From positions 1-57,912 of the forward strand of contig JAZSMV010000008.1 of the NCBI GenBank assembly GCA_045536065.1: a stretch of DNA of 57,912 nucleotides. Reading direction: 5' to 3'. The translations under genes were made by a program, and so were the position numbers. Within the stretch, counting starts at the first letter, position 1. The number at the start of each line of letters is the position of its first letter. The notes under the pieces were generated by a model. The model had not been told where the DNA came from. It searched no databases and saw only the letters and a list, made by a program, of their open reading frames with translations. Origin of the DNA: Eubacteriales bacterium (GTDB lineage Bacteria; Bacillota; Clostridia; Oscillospirales; CAG-272). Shown here piece by piece: positions 43,337 through 52,184 of this stretch.

Positions 43337-46054
43337 TTATTTCCTGCGAAGGATAAGATCCACCGCATCTCCCACAGAGCTGATGGAAGCATTGCGCTCA
43401 GCAATCAGATCCTCTGCCATGCTCTCAATGGAGTAATGGGCATCGGCGGTGCATTTCTTGAGAACCTGGCCTGCGCCAAGTCCGTAAAGAGAAATGAAAT
43501 CGGATATAGCACGCTTGAGTCCGGAGTCATCCTGCTTCACAAATACTACAAGACTGTCGGAAGCACTGCAGATATCGGAGGCACAGGAGATGATAAGCTC
43601 AATAGCCTTTGCGGCTGCCTTGCGGTCGGCATTAAGACCTCCGATCAGACCGCCCTCCTCCTTTATCTCCTCCTCAAACTGCTCAAGGTATGCGGAATAG
43701 ATACGATCCATACCAAGCTTGCCTGCGGTAAGGAGATTGATTACAAGCTGATAGATGCAGGCAGTCTCCTCGTCCTGCTCGTCGGGATCGTAAACGTAAT
43801 TCTTGATATATCTACCGATATTAGCCTTTATCTCGGGGGAGTCGGGCAGGTTTGCAATAATCTTAAACACTGCCTCGGTGTCACCAAGATCGCTCTTGTG
43901 GACAATAGCAAGATAATCAACTATCAGTCCGTACTGAGGAAGTGCGGTAATGGCAGGATTGCTCTCTGCGTACTGTATCAGCTCTGCAAGTCCCTCTTTA
44001 CCGTACTCAGCCTTGAATACGTCGGCAAATACGTAGCCGATTACAGGATAGATCACTCGCTCACGGAAGGCGCTGATTATATCGGCAGGAAGCGCCAGCG
44101 CCGCCATCTTATCAAGATGGAGAATATCCTTAAGGCTTGTGGGCGCAACGGCAACCACTACCTGTGTGAAGCGAAGGATAAAGTCAAGATACCTTCCTGT
44201 ATTAAGCTGATTTGTCACCTTATATGCCCTTACCAGCTTATCGCCTCGCTTGTGAGCAGGCATAGCGGCAAGGATAGCAACCATGATCTCGCTACCCACT
44301 CCGCTCTCAAGAACAAAGCGAAGTGCAAGCTCCTCGCAGAATCCGCTGTTCTGAACGAAAATAGACGCAAGACGGCCGTCACCACGGGACAGGCTCTGAT
44401 TCAGCAGCTCGGTAAGCTTAATTGCCATCAGAGAGGCGATATCTCCACCCTCTCTGCCAATACGGCGGTTAATAAGACTTACGAACAGCTCGGAGAGTAT
44501 ATCACACTCAGAAAGCATCTCAAGACAGGTGTTGCATATCTTCATCTTCTGAGTTGAATTGAAGGCAGGATAATGCCTGTCAAGGAAAATAAGTATCTGT
44601 CTCTGAATCTCGGGTGTGCGAACCGAGAGCAGAAGCTTGTCGAGAATAATATCTCTGGTCTGCACAGGCTCGGCTCTGAAATGAGCATCAAAGAAGGCAA
44701 GGATCTGCTGCTGCAGGAATCCGCCGTAGAATACACGGCTAAGGTTTGCGTTTATGATAGCCTTTACGCTGTCGATCTCGCTGTCGTAATATCTGCTGAT
44801 AAAGCAGAACAGACTGTCACGCATAAGATCAACGTGAATAAGCTTAAGAAGCACGTCAAGGGCAACCGCCTTCGCCTCCACGCAATCGGTGGGATAGAGG
44901 GCGGAAAGACGTGAGAACACGCCGTCGGGGATAGCCGTGTGAGTCGAGGAATACTTGGAAAGAGGTCTATACATACGTACTCTGTGCTCGGTGATAAGTC
45001 CGTCACGGTACTTGCCGTACACATCCATAAGATTGCAGAGCGCATCATCACCTGTAACAACGGTTTCCTCAACGTAGAAGCCACTGCACTGCCAGAACAG
45101 GAACACAATATCACGAAGCGTGTCAATATCGAGAGTACAGGACTTATATTTATCGGTAATTCTCTCCACGAAGGGCAGGAATTCATTTCTTATTCTGGGA
45201 TATTCAAAGAGCGAATAGAAGAAGGATGCAAGCAGCATATTCTTATCATATCCCGAAGGCATACCGCTGACGGTACCCTCGGCAAAATCATAGAATACGC
45301 CTACCTCGGGAGAAACCTCCTTATAGCCTTCACTAAGACACTTGATCTTAAAGCCCTGATAATGCTCGGGGTGGCTTACGAAGGTTACAAAGGACATCCT
45401 CTCACGCAGACCGTAAGGAAGAACGCTCATTATAGCGTTGATCAGCGAAAGCGCCTCGCAAGAAGCAGAACGGTCGTCTGTGGGCAGATGGAAGATTACT
45501 TCCCTGCCGTCCTCACATATCGCACAAAGAACAGAATAAATAAAGCTCTTTACCATTTCGGGATCATACTGCTTTATAGTTGCCTTGTGATCCGAAAGGG
45601 GCTTTACGGTATAATTCAGCTCAGGACAGGCGGAGTTAGGTGCGGCGGTGGGCAGAGTGAGATTGAATCTCTTTATATCCTTATAGAACACGTCGGGATT
45701 AAAGCAATCTGCATTAGGGTTGTTCAACACGGAAGCCCTCTCCGCATCAGAAAGTATCAGCGTGTGCGCAAAATATGCACTGCGCTCTCCCGTAAAATCA
45801 ACGGGATCGTAGCTGATAGCGGTCTGTGCCACTACTCCCGCAGGGAGAAGCTTCTGACTGTAAACGGTAGAGATCTCTCCACGTCTTATCTTCAGCGGAT
45901 CGTGAAGCTCAAGCTTGCCAGAATAAACGCATGACAGCTCGCCGAGAACAAATTCCCTCGCAAGTCCGGAGTGAGCAAAGGTGTCAAAGCCATCTCTTTT
46001 ATTATAAATGCTTACACGTGCGGGCACACGGGAATATAAATGCTGGTACGACAT
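43337..46054 (-). CDS. Large (905 aa) soluble, mostly helical protein of unknown function; last gene of the pilus operon
   Basis: GAAGGAG SD. Starts 26 nt after the pilB stop. No TM segments or NTPase motifs seen. The N-terminus (QHLYSRVP...GFDTFAHSGL...ERSAYFAHTLIL) faintly resembles what I remember of GAP1-N2-type domains. That resemblance is unverified. Confidence 0.7.
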   Translation of the reverse strand: MSYQHLYSRVPARVSIYNKRDGFDTFAHSGLAREFVLGELSCVYSGKLELHDPLKIRRGEISTVYSQKLLPAGVVAQTAISYDPVDFTGERSAYFAHTLILSDAERASVLNNPNADCFNPDVFYKDIKRFNLTLPTAAPNSACPELNYTVKPLSDHKATIKQYDPEMVKSFIYSVLCAICEDGREVIFHLPTDDRSASCEALSLINAIMSVLPYGLRERMSFVTFVSHPEHYQGFKIKCLSEGYKEVSPEVGVFYDFAEGTVSGMPSGYDKNMLLASFFYSLFEYPRIRNEFLPFVERITDKYKSCTLDIDTLRDIVFLFWQCSGFYVEETVVTGDDALCNLMDVYGKYRDGLITEHRVRMYRPLSKYSSTHTAIPDGVFSRLSALYPTDCVEAKAVALDVLLKLIHVDLMRDSLFCFISRYYDSEIDSVKAIINANLSRVFYGGFLQQQILAFFDAHFRAEPVQTRDIILDKLLLSVRTPEIQRQILIFLDRHYPAFNSTQKMKICNTCLEMLSECDILSELFVSLINRRIGREGGDIASLMAIKLTELLNQSLSRGDGRLASIFVQNSGFCEELALRFVLESGVGSEIMVAILAAMPAHKRGDKLVRAYKVTNQLNTGRYLDFILRFTQVVVAVAPTSLKDILHLDKMAALALPADIISAFRERVIYPVIGYVFADVFKAEYGKEGLAELIQYAESNPAITALPQYGLIVDYLAIVHKSDLGDTEAVFKIIANLPDSPEIKANIGRYIKNYVYDPDEQDEETACIYQLVINLLTAGKLGMDRIYSAYLEQFEEEIKEEGGLIGGLNADRKAAAKAIELIISCASDICSASDSLVVFVKQDDSGLKRAISDFISLYGLGAGQVLKKCTADAHYSIESMAEDLIAERNASISSVGDAVDLILRRK

Positions 46055-46080
46055 GGCGACTCCTTCAATGGTTTTTCTTA

Positions 46081-47766
46081 TTATTCAACGTTAAGGCTCA
46101 TAAGCTCGTGAATACTTGTAACGCCCTTATAAACCAGCTCACGACAGCTGGTCCAAAGAGGTGTCATACCGTTCTCGGCTGCAACCTTACGAAGACTTTC
46201 AATATTCTTTTCCGTGAGAATAGCATTTCTCATCTTATCGTTAACGTACATAAGCTCGTGAACCGCAATTCTGCCCTTATAACCGGTGTTGTTACAGAAC
46301 TGACAGCCCTGAGGTCTGGAAATAACGATCGGCTCGTCAATGCCGAGAAGCTCCATCTCACGTGCATTTGTCTTACCACGCTTACGGCAGGCAGGACAAA
46401 TTCTCTTAACAAGACGCTGTGCAATTACGCCTACAAGTGCGTCGGCAACCAGGTAATCCTTAACCTTCATATCCTCAAGACGGGTGATAGCACCGGGAGC
46501 GTCGTTGGTATGGAGGGTGCTGAACACGATATGGCCCGTGATAGCAGAACGAACTGCGATCTCTGCGGTCTCCTCATCTCGAATCTCACCGATCATGATA
46601 ATATCAGGGTCCTGACGGAGAATAGAACGAAGCGCAGCTGCGAAGGTCATGTTCGCCTTAGCATTTACCTGGGTCTGGTTAATACCTGCCATCGAGTACT
46701 CTACGGGGTCCTCAACGGTTACGATATTAACGTCGGGATGGTTTACTTCCATAAGGAAGGAGTAAAGGGTTGTGGACTTACCGCATCCTGTAGGACCGGT
46801 AAGAAGGATAATTCCGTGAGGACGTGCAAGCATCTTATCAACCAGCTTGTTCTCCTCGGGAGTAAATCCAAGGTCTGCACGTGTAAACTGGAAGGAGGTC
46901 TTGTCGAGAATTCTTATAACGAACTTCTCGCCGAAAACGGTAGGAAGGGTGGATACACGGAAGTCATATTCCTTGCCACCTATGTTCATATTAATACGTC
47001 CGTCCTGAGGCACACGGCGCTCTGCAATGTTAAGGCCGGACATGATCTTAAGTCTTGCACAAATTGCGGAATAAGCCTCTATTGGGAACTCTGCACGCTC
47101 CTGAAGGTCGCCGTCTACACGGTATCTAACCTTAACCATGTGCTCGAAGGGCTCAATGTGAATATCCGATGCACGGAAAGGAATTGCCTCCTTGATGATG
47201 GAGTCAACAAGTCGAACGGCAGGGTTATTGATAACCTCGTTATCGCTGGAGATAGCTGCCTCACCGCCGAGGGACTGAATAACCTTATCGGTCTTCTCGG
47301 AGTTAAGGTCATAGATCGCACTCTTAGTGCTCTCCATAGCGGAGATAGAGTCGATATATCTGTCGATCTGCACAGGGGGAACGAGGATAAAGTCGAACTT
47401 ACCCGTAAGCTGAGTGGACAGCGCAGAAAGCGCATGGCAGTTAAGGGGCTTGCCCGTAGCTACCATAATAACACCGTTCTTATCCTCGCATACCGGAATG
47501 ATCTTATGCTTTTTCATAAAATCATAGGTAAACTTTTCAAAGAGGTGATCGTCAATATCAAGCATATCGATCTCAACGCAGGGCATGCAATAGTATGCTG
47601 CACGTGCCTCGAGCTCGTTTGTTTCGGTTATCATTTCCTTAGCGAGAAGGTAATCTCTTACGTTGCTCTTTCTCGCCTTGCACTCCGAGAGAATCTCGGG
47701 TGCCTTTTTTCTTTTAATCAGCTTTTTGTAGGTATAAAACTGCAAAAGCTCTCTATTTATATTCAT
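46081..47766 (-). CDS. pilB: Type IV pilus assembly ATPase (PilB/GspE family)
   Basis: N-terminal GspE-N-like region, LLTGPTGCGKSTT (Walker A), IMIGEIRD (Asp box/Walker B region), a tetracysteine CPAC...CQFC, and a length of 561 aa. Confidence 0.88.
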   Translation of the reverse strand: MNINRELLQFYTYKKLIKRKKAPEILSECKARKSNVRDYLLAKEMITETNELEARAAYYCMPCVEIDMLDIDDHLFEKFTYDFMKKHKIIPVCEDKNGVIMVATGKPLNCHALSALSTQLTGKFDFILVPPVQIDRYIDSISAMESTKSAIYDLNSEKTDKVIQSLGGEAAISSDNEVINNPAVRLVDSIIKEAIPFRASDIHIEPFEHMVKVRYRVDGDLQERAEFPIEAYSAICARLKIMSGLNIAERRVPQDGRINMNIGGKEYDFRVSTLPTVFGEKFVIRILDKTSFQFTRADLGFTPEENKLVDKMLARPHGIILLTGPTGCGKSTTLYSFLMEVNHPDVNIVTVEDPVEYSMAGINQTQVNAKANMTFAAALRSILRQDPDIIMIGEIRDEETAEIAVRSAITGHIVFSTLHTNDAPGAITRLEDMKVKDYLVADALVGVIAQRLVKRICPACRKRGKTNAREMELLGIDEPIVISRPQGCQFCNNTGYKGRIAVHELMYVNDKMRNAILTEKNIESLRKVAAENGMTPLWTSCRELVYKGVTSIHELMSLNVE

Positions 47767-47796
47767 GCGATGATCCCTTTCTTTTTATTTCGGGGT

Positions 47797-49008
47797 TTAT
47801 GAAAGGCTGGTCATAATGGACAGCATAGGCGAGTAAACGCCGATGAACATTGTACCAACAACGAGAGCCATTATAACAAGCATAATGGGCTGGATCTTCG
47901 AGGAGAAGGATGTAAAGGATGCGTCCAGCTGCATATCAAAGTATGAGCAGGAACGGGTAAGTACGTCGTTTAAGGAGTTGGTTCTCTCACCGATAGCCAC
48001 CATCTTGGTAAGCATGGTGGGGAAAATACCGATGCTCTCGAAGGCGTTGGTAAGCGACATACCGTGACGAACGTACTCTGTTGCGGTGAGGAAGTGCTTT
48101 CTCATATATCTGTTGGTAAGCACCACAGCAACCGCATCCATAGCCTCGGTAAGATCCATACCACTGGTAAGCAGAAGCGCAAAGGCTCTTGCAAATCTGG
48201 TGGTCTGCGAGGGTATCTGAATGGTTTTGAGCAGAGGCATTTTTACCATAATAACGTCAAGGGTATACTTTCCCTTTTCGGTACGAAGATACATAAAGAG
48301 AGCGAATCCAACAGCAATAATCAGGACAAGGATAACACGCCACCACATCAGAACGAAGTCTGACATATCGTAAATAACCTTTGTAATACCTGCGATCTCA
48401 ACGTCAAGGTCTGCAAGAGCATCCTTGAAGATAGGGATAATGAACACAAGCATTGCGATAGCGATACCTACGGTCATAACGAGAAGCATAATGGGATAAG
48501 AGAGTGCGCTCTTAAGCTTCTGCTTATTCGCCTGGTCCTTTTCATAGAAGTCTGCAAGAGCGTTGCAGACAATATCAAGCTTACCTGACATCTCACCTAC
48601 GTAGATCATACTGCGGAAGAAGTCGGGGAAAACCTTTTTATGCTTTTCAAGAGCCTCGCTCATAAGCATACCACCCTTAACGTCATCATAGATAACGTCA
48701 AGAATGCTCTTGAAATAGCTGGTAAAGGGCTGGTTTCTGAGTACGTCGATACTCTCAAGGAGAGGTACGTTGGTATTAAGCATTATGGCGAACTGACGGC
48801 AGAAGTTGGAAAGCTCGTCGAGAGTAACCTTACCTGTACCGAGAGTCCAGAATGCAGAGGGAGTTTCGCCGGAATATACCTGACAGGATGTGAGATAGAG
48901 GCTCTGCTTCGCAAGCTGCTCGGCAAGATCTCTCTCATCCTTTGCGATGAAGGTACCCTTGATCTTCTTATTTTCAATATTTACGGCTGTATATTTATAT
49001 TTTTGCAA
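47797..49008 (-). CDS. pilC: Type IV pilus platform protein (PilC/GspF family)
   Basis: Two GspF repeats, three TM segments, and a length of 403 aa. Lies adjacent to pilB. Confidence 0.85.
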   Translation of the reverse strand: MQKYKYTAVNIENKKIKGTFIAKDERDLAEQLAKQSLYLTSCQVYSGETPSAFWTLGTGKVTLDELSNFCRQFAIMLNTNVPLLESIDVLRNQPFTSYFKSILDVIYDDVKGGMLMSEALEKHKKVFPDFFRSMIYVGEMSGKLDIVCNALADFYEKDQANKQKLKSALSYPIMLLVMTVGIAIAMLVFIIPIFKDALADLDVEIAGITKVIYDMSDFVLMWWRVILVLIIAVGFALFMYLRTEKGKYTLDVIMVKMPLLKTIQIPSQTTRFARAFALLLTSGMDLTEAMDAVAVVLTNRYMRKHFLTATEYVRHGMSLTNAFESIGIFPTMLTKMVAIGERTNSLNDVLTRSCSYFDMQLDASFTSFSSKIQPIMLVIMALVVGTMFIGVYSPMLSIMTSLS

Positions 49009-49053
49009 GGAACGTTTGCCCCCTTTCGAAAATTTTCAAAATTAGTTATCGGA

Positions 49054-49851
49054 TCAGAGTCCGAGCAGAGATGCGTACCAGCTGACAATGGGCCAGCCGA
49101 AGAGCAATGCAAATGCAACGCCTACGGAAATGAAGGGTCCGAAGGGATATTCTCTATCCTTTTCGTCGCCTCTGGCTCTTCTCACGATAAGGAGAATTAT
49201 GCTGGCGCTAACGGATGCGATAAGCATAGCAAAGAGCATTCTCTGCCAACCGAGAAGAAGTCCTGCGACAAAGGCGAACTTTACGTCGCCGAAGCCAAGT
49301 CCCTCTCGCTTAAGGATCAGTATTGCTCCGTAGTAGATGAGCAGGAAGAACAGGCCGAATGCCGCCGCACCGATAAGGTGGTCGTACCATCTGATATTCT
49401 TGTCGAAGAAGATCGCAACTACGCCCGCAATACCGATAAGGATAACGAATCGGTTGTAGATGAGCAGATGCTCAAGATCAATGAAGAAAATACAGATAAG
49501 AACGGATAAAACGATAGCGGAAATTACTGCGTAAACAGGGTTTTTCTCCCAGAAGAGAAAGACCGAAAGGATCCACAGCGCCGCATTGAGTATCTCAACC
49601 GCTATGTATCTCGGAGAGATAGGCTCCTTACACTTTCTGCACTTTCCGCCAAGCATAATGTAGGACAGAACGGGAATGTTGTCATACCACTTAAGCGTGT
49701 AGTCGCATTTTGTGCAATGAGATGCGGGCTTTGACATATTCATATTGTTCGGCAGGCGGTAGATAACCACGTTCAGAAAGCTACCGACACACAGACCGAT
49801 AAGGCCTGCGAGAATATATACGCACATCAGAATAAACTGTTCGCTGGACAT
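49054..49851 (-). CDS. pilD: Prepilin peptidase (A24 family; PilD/ComC-like)
   Basis: Contains GSFLNVVIYRLP, Cys pairs CTKC...CRKC, and GFGDVKF (catalytic Asp). The protein is polytopic. Confidence 0.88.
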   Translation of the reverse strand: MSSEQFILMCVYILAGLIGLCVGSFLNVVIYRLPNNMNMSKPASHCTKCDYTLKWYDNIPVLSYIMLGGKCRKCKEPISPRYIAVEILNAALWILSVFLFWEKNPVYAVISAIVLSVLICIFFIDLEHLLIYNRFVILIGIAGVVAIFFDKNIRWYDHLIGAAAFGLFFLLIYYGAILILKREGLGFGDVKFAFVAGLLLGWQRMLFAMLIASVSASIILLIVRRARGDEKDREYPFGPFISVGVAFALLFGWPIVSWYASLLGL

Positions 49852-49864
49852 AGGCTACCTCCGA

Positions 49865-51328
49865 TTACTTTTTGCCGCCGATCTCGGTGGTGGCAATCTT
49901 CTTGATAACCTCAAGGATCTTCTGAAGCTTGCTCTCACCCTGGGGCTCTGCCTTTGCCTCGCCCTCCTTCTTTGCCGCATCGGGCTTTTCAGCCTGAGGC
50001 TTTGCTACGTGGGCAATTGCGGGGAAGTTGTTGAAGCCGTTGTATGCGTCGGTGAAGAAACCGCCGTAAAGCTCAAGATTCTTCTTAACTACCTCGTTCT
50101 CCTCTGCGGTGAAGAGAGGAAGGAAACGAACGCCGTTTTCCTCTTCCTCAAGGTTAACGAGATCGTAGAGGAAGTTGTACTCCTCGGGCATATTAACGTA
50201 AACCGCCTCGGGATAGCCGATAGAGGAAAGTGCGGGGTTGGATGCAATAAACTCGAGAGTCCACTTCATAAACAGACGGAAGTTCTCGAACATATAGCCC
50301 TCACGGTTGGTGGGAGTGGGACGAAGCATAAACTTAGGAAGCTTACGTGCGGTCTTCTTCGCCTTGCGTGCAAGGAAGTCGCTCTCGCTCTCGTCACCGT
50401 TTTCAGCCTCAACCTCGGCGAGCTCACGCTCAAGCTCCTCGTCATCCTCGTCGTCCTCATCCTCGATCTTACGTCTGCCGGGGAACTCAAGCTCGTCATC
50501 ATCCTCAGACTCGGGGGGAGCTTCCTCGATAACGGTGTTATCGTCGTCCTCCTCAAGAGCCATGTGCTTTGCCTTTGCCTTAGCCTTTGCGTTAAGGATA
50601 AGAAGCTCTGCAGGGCTGTGGTCGAAGATAAGGTCCTCGGGCATTACTCTGGTCTTGTAGAGTGTCTTGTAGCCGAAGGGGAGTGTATAGAAGCCAAAGG
50701 TTCTGCCTCTGACGATAAAGATAATTCTTGCATACTCCTCCTTGATGTCGAGGAGAATAAAGGATGCTCCCTTCAGCTTCTGGTTAAGAGCCATAGCCGA
50801 GTTGGATGCAGCCGATGCGGCGTAGGTGATAGCGCCGATTCCGATCTGATGATCTGCGCAGATCTTCTGCAGATTGAAAAGAATATCCTTTCTTACGGCA
50901 GAAATAGCATAAGTAGACATCTGCTTTGTCTGGTTTGCAAGAACACGGTTGAACTTAAGCTCGGAGCTGTTGCCGTAAATGTTGGACAGCGAAGCTGCGA
51001 GAGAGGAGTCAAGCGCCTTCTTGTTAATGGGGGGCAGATTTACCATATCGGTAAGAACTGCCGAGTCGGGCAGAACTACTGTAACCTGCTGCATATCAAG
51101 ATTGGGATGATCCTCACGGAACTGTCCGAGAACCGCTCCAATCTTGTCGTAAAATTCAGGGGAGAAAGGCTTTGCCTTATAGCCGCTCATCAAGTAGTTG
51201 ATAGAGGACTTGTCCGAGCCAGTCATCGAATAGAGTGAGATTATTTCTCTGTCGGTATCAATGCCGATAACCGACTGTATGTTACTTTTTTTCTTAGCCA
51301 CTTTTTTCGTCCTTTCCGTTAGTTCCAA
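49865..51328 (-). CDS. PilM-like (actin-fold) pilus assembly protein with an internal hyper-acidic insertion and a Lys/Glu-rich tail
   Basis: Contains VIGIDTDREIISL plus the later ILLDIKEEYARIIFI pattern, which fits the PilM/FtsA-like fold. Residues ~257-318 are about 60% Asp/Glu. The call rests on position in the operon and motif resemblance only. Confidence 0.5.
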   Translation of the reverse strand: MELTERTKKVAKKKSNIQSVIGIDTDREIISLYSMTGSDKSSINYLMSGYKAKPFSPEFYDKIGAVLGQFREDHPNLDMQQVTVVLPDSAVLTDMVNLPPINKKALDSSLAASLSNIYGNSSELKFNRVLANQTKQMSTYAISAVRKDILFNLQKICADHQIGIGAITYAASAASNSAMALNQKLKGASFILLDIKEEYARIIFIVRGRTFGFYTLPFGYKTLYKTRVMPEDLIFDHSPAELLILNAKAKAKAKHMALEEDDDNTVIEEAPPESEDDDELEFPGRRKIEDEDDEDDEELERELAEVEAENGDESESDFLARKAKKTARKLPKFMLRPTPTNREGYMFENFRLFMKWTLEFIASNPALSSIGYPEAVYVNMPEEYNFLYDLVNLEEEENGVRFLPLFTAEENEVVKKNLELYGGFFTDAYNGFNNFPAIAHVAKPQAEKPDAAKKEGEAKAEPQGESKLQKILEVIKKIATTEIGGKK

Positions 51329-51699
51329 GAGGTGATTTTGCCGTTATTGTTTAACTTAATTGTTAAAACAAGCTCCAAATTGGAAGTATCAGTAAAATCA
51401 TTTCCCTTGTAAATTTCATATTTCATTTCAGCTTCTGAGTATTTCACTGAATAATTATTATCAATTTCAATTATTACATAATTGCCGGTTTTATAGGTGT
51501 TATCCTGTTTTCCCAGCACGTGCTCACCAATATTATTCACCTCGACCATTTCGTTGAAGTCTTCATAGTCATCGACTCTGAGGGAATTTTGCAGACCCGA
51601 GGTTGACAAAAGCATAATCGTAAACGCCATCATAAGGAACATTACACCGATTGCAAGCTCCATTGCTGCGCCCTTGCGTGATTTTATTAATTTTTTCAA
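51319..51699 (-). CDS. Small pilus-associated protein with a pseudopilin-like N-terminus
   Basis: TTG start 7 nt after AAGGAGGG. Begins MKKLIKSRKG|AAMELAIGVMFLMMAFTIMLL, a hydrophobic helix with the Glu shifted to +4. Overlaps the pilM-like start by 10 nt. Confidence 0.45.
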   Translation of the reverse strand: MKKLIKSRKGAAMELAIGVMFLMMAFTIMLLSTSGLQNSLRVDDYEDFNEMVEVNNIGEHVLGKQDNTYKTGNYVIIEIDNNYSVKYSEAEMKYEIYKGNDFTDTSNLELVLTIKLNNNGKITSWN

Positions 51700-51726
51700 A
51701 TTGTTCCCTCCTTTGTGTGTTTCAAA

Positions 51727-52128
51727 TTAAGCCTTCCCTGTTGGGGAAGGGGGACCGCCCGAGGCGGTGGATGAGGTTCGTTCTATATTCTTTATTATAT
51801 TAGAACAAACGCCATCAAAATTTGTTTTTATATCGTAATTTGTATACCGCAACACAGTATACCCCTGACTGCGAAGAAAACTATCTCTTTGCTTATCGTA
51901 CAATTTGCTGTCGGGTTCATAATGCTGTGATCCGTCGAGCTCAATAATCAATCTTGCAGACGGTATGCAAAAATCCACGATGTAATTGTCAATTACTTTC
52001 TGACGATTTACAACAACATCAAGTTTCTTAAGAAAATCATACCAAAGATGCTTTTCTTCCTTGGTCATATTTTTGCGCAAGGATTGTGCGTATTCTTTTA
52101 GCTCCGGATTGTTGTTGAATGTGCTCAT
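51727..52128 (-). CDS. DUF559 domain protein (Vsr-like / PD-(D/E)xK endonuclease fold)
   Basis: Contains LRKNMTKEEKHLWYDFL, VDFCIPSARLIIELDGSQH and VLRYTNYDI, the DUF559 pattern. The SD (GAGGTG) lies inside the inner TIR box. The last ~15 codons (SSTASGGPPSPTGKA) are read-through into the left arm. Confidence 0.8.
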   Translation of the reverse strand: MSTFNNNPELKEYAQSLRKNMTKEEKHLWYDFLKKLDVVVNRQKVIDNYIVDFCIPSARLIIELDGSQHYEPDSKLYDKQRDSFLRSQGYTVLRYTNYDIKTNFDGVCSNIIKNIERTSSTASGGPPSPTGKA

Positions 52129-52183
52129 TATCTCACCTCATCCGTCGGCTACGCCGCCACCTTCCCCAACAGGGAAGGCTGAA
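51729..52183 (-). mobile_element. DUF559 cassette 1: nuclease gene bounded by ~48-bp hairpin-containing terminal inverted repeats (family A arms)
   Basis: The left arm (51729..51777) is AAGCCTTCCCTGTTGGGGAAGG-GGGACCGCCCGAGGCGGT-GGATGAGGT. The reverse complement of the right arm (52134..52183) is TTCAGCCTTCCCTGTTGGGGAAGG-TGGCGGCGTAGCCGAC-GGATGAGGTG. The outer 21 nt and inner 9 nt are identical, and the middle hairpin differs. Confidence 0.65.
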
Positions 52184-52184
52184 T

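Noticed and set aside
51727-52128. Interpreting the DUF559 genes as ordinary very-short-patch repair (vsr) genes
   Set aside because: There is no adjacent cytosine methyltransferase. There are two diverged copies within 3 kb, each with cognate inverted-repeat arms and insertion-like placement at gene boundaries. I therefore kept the neutral call 'DUF559 protein' and did not assign the symbol vsr.
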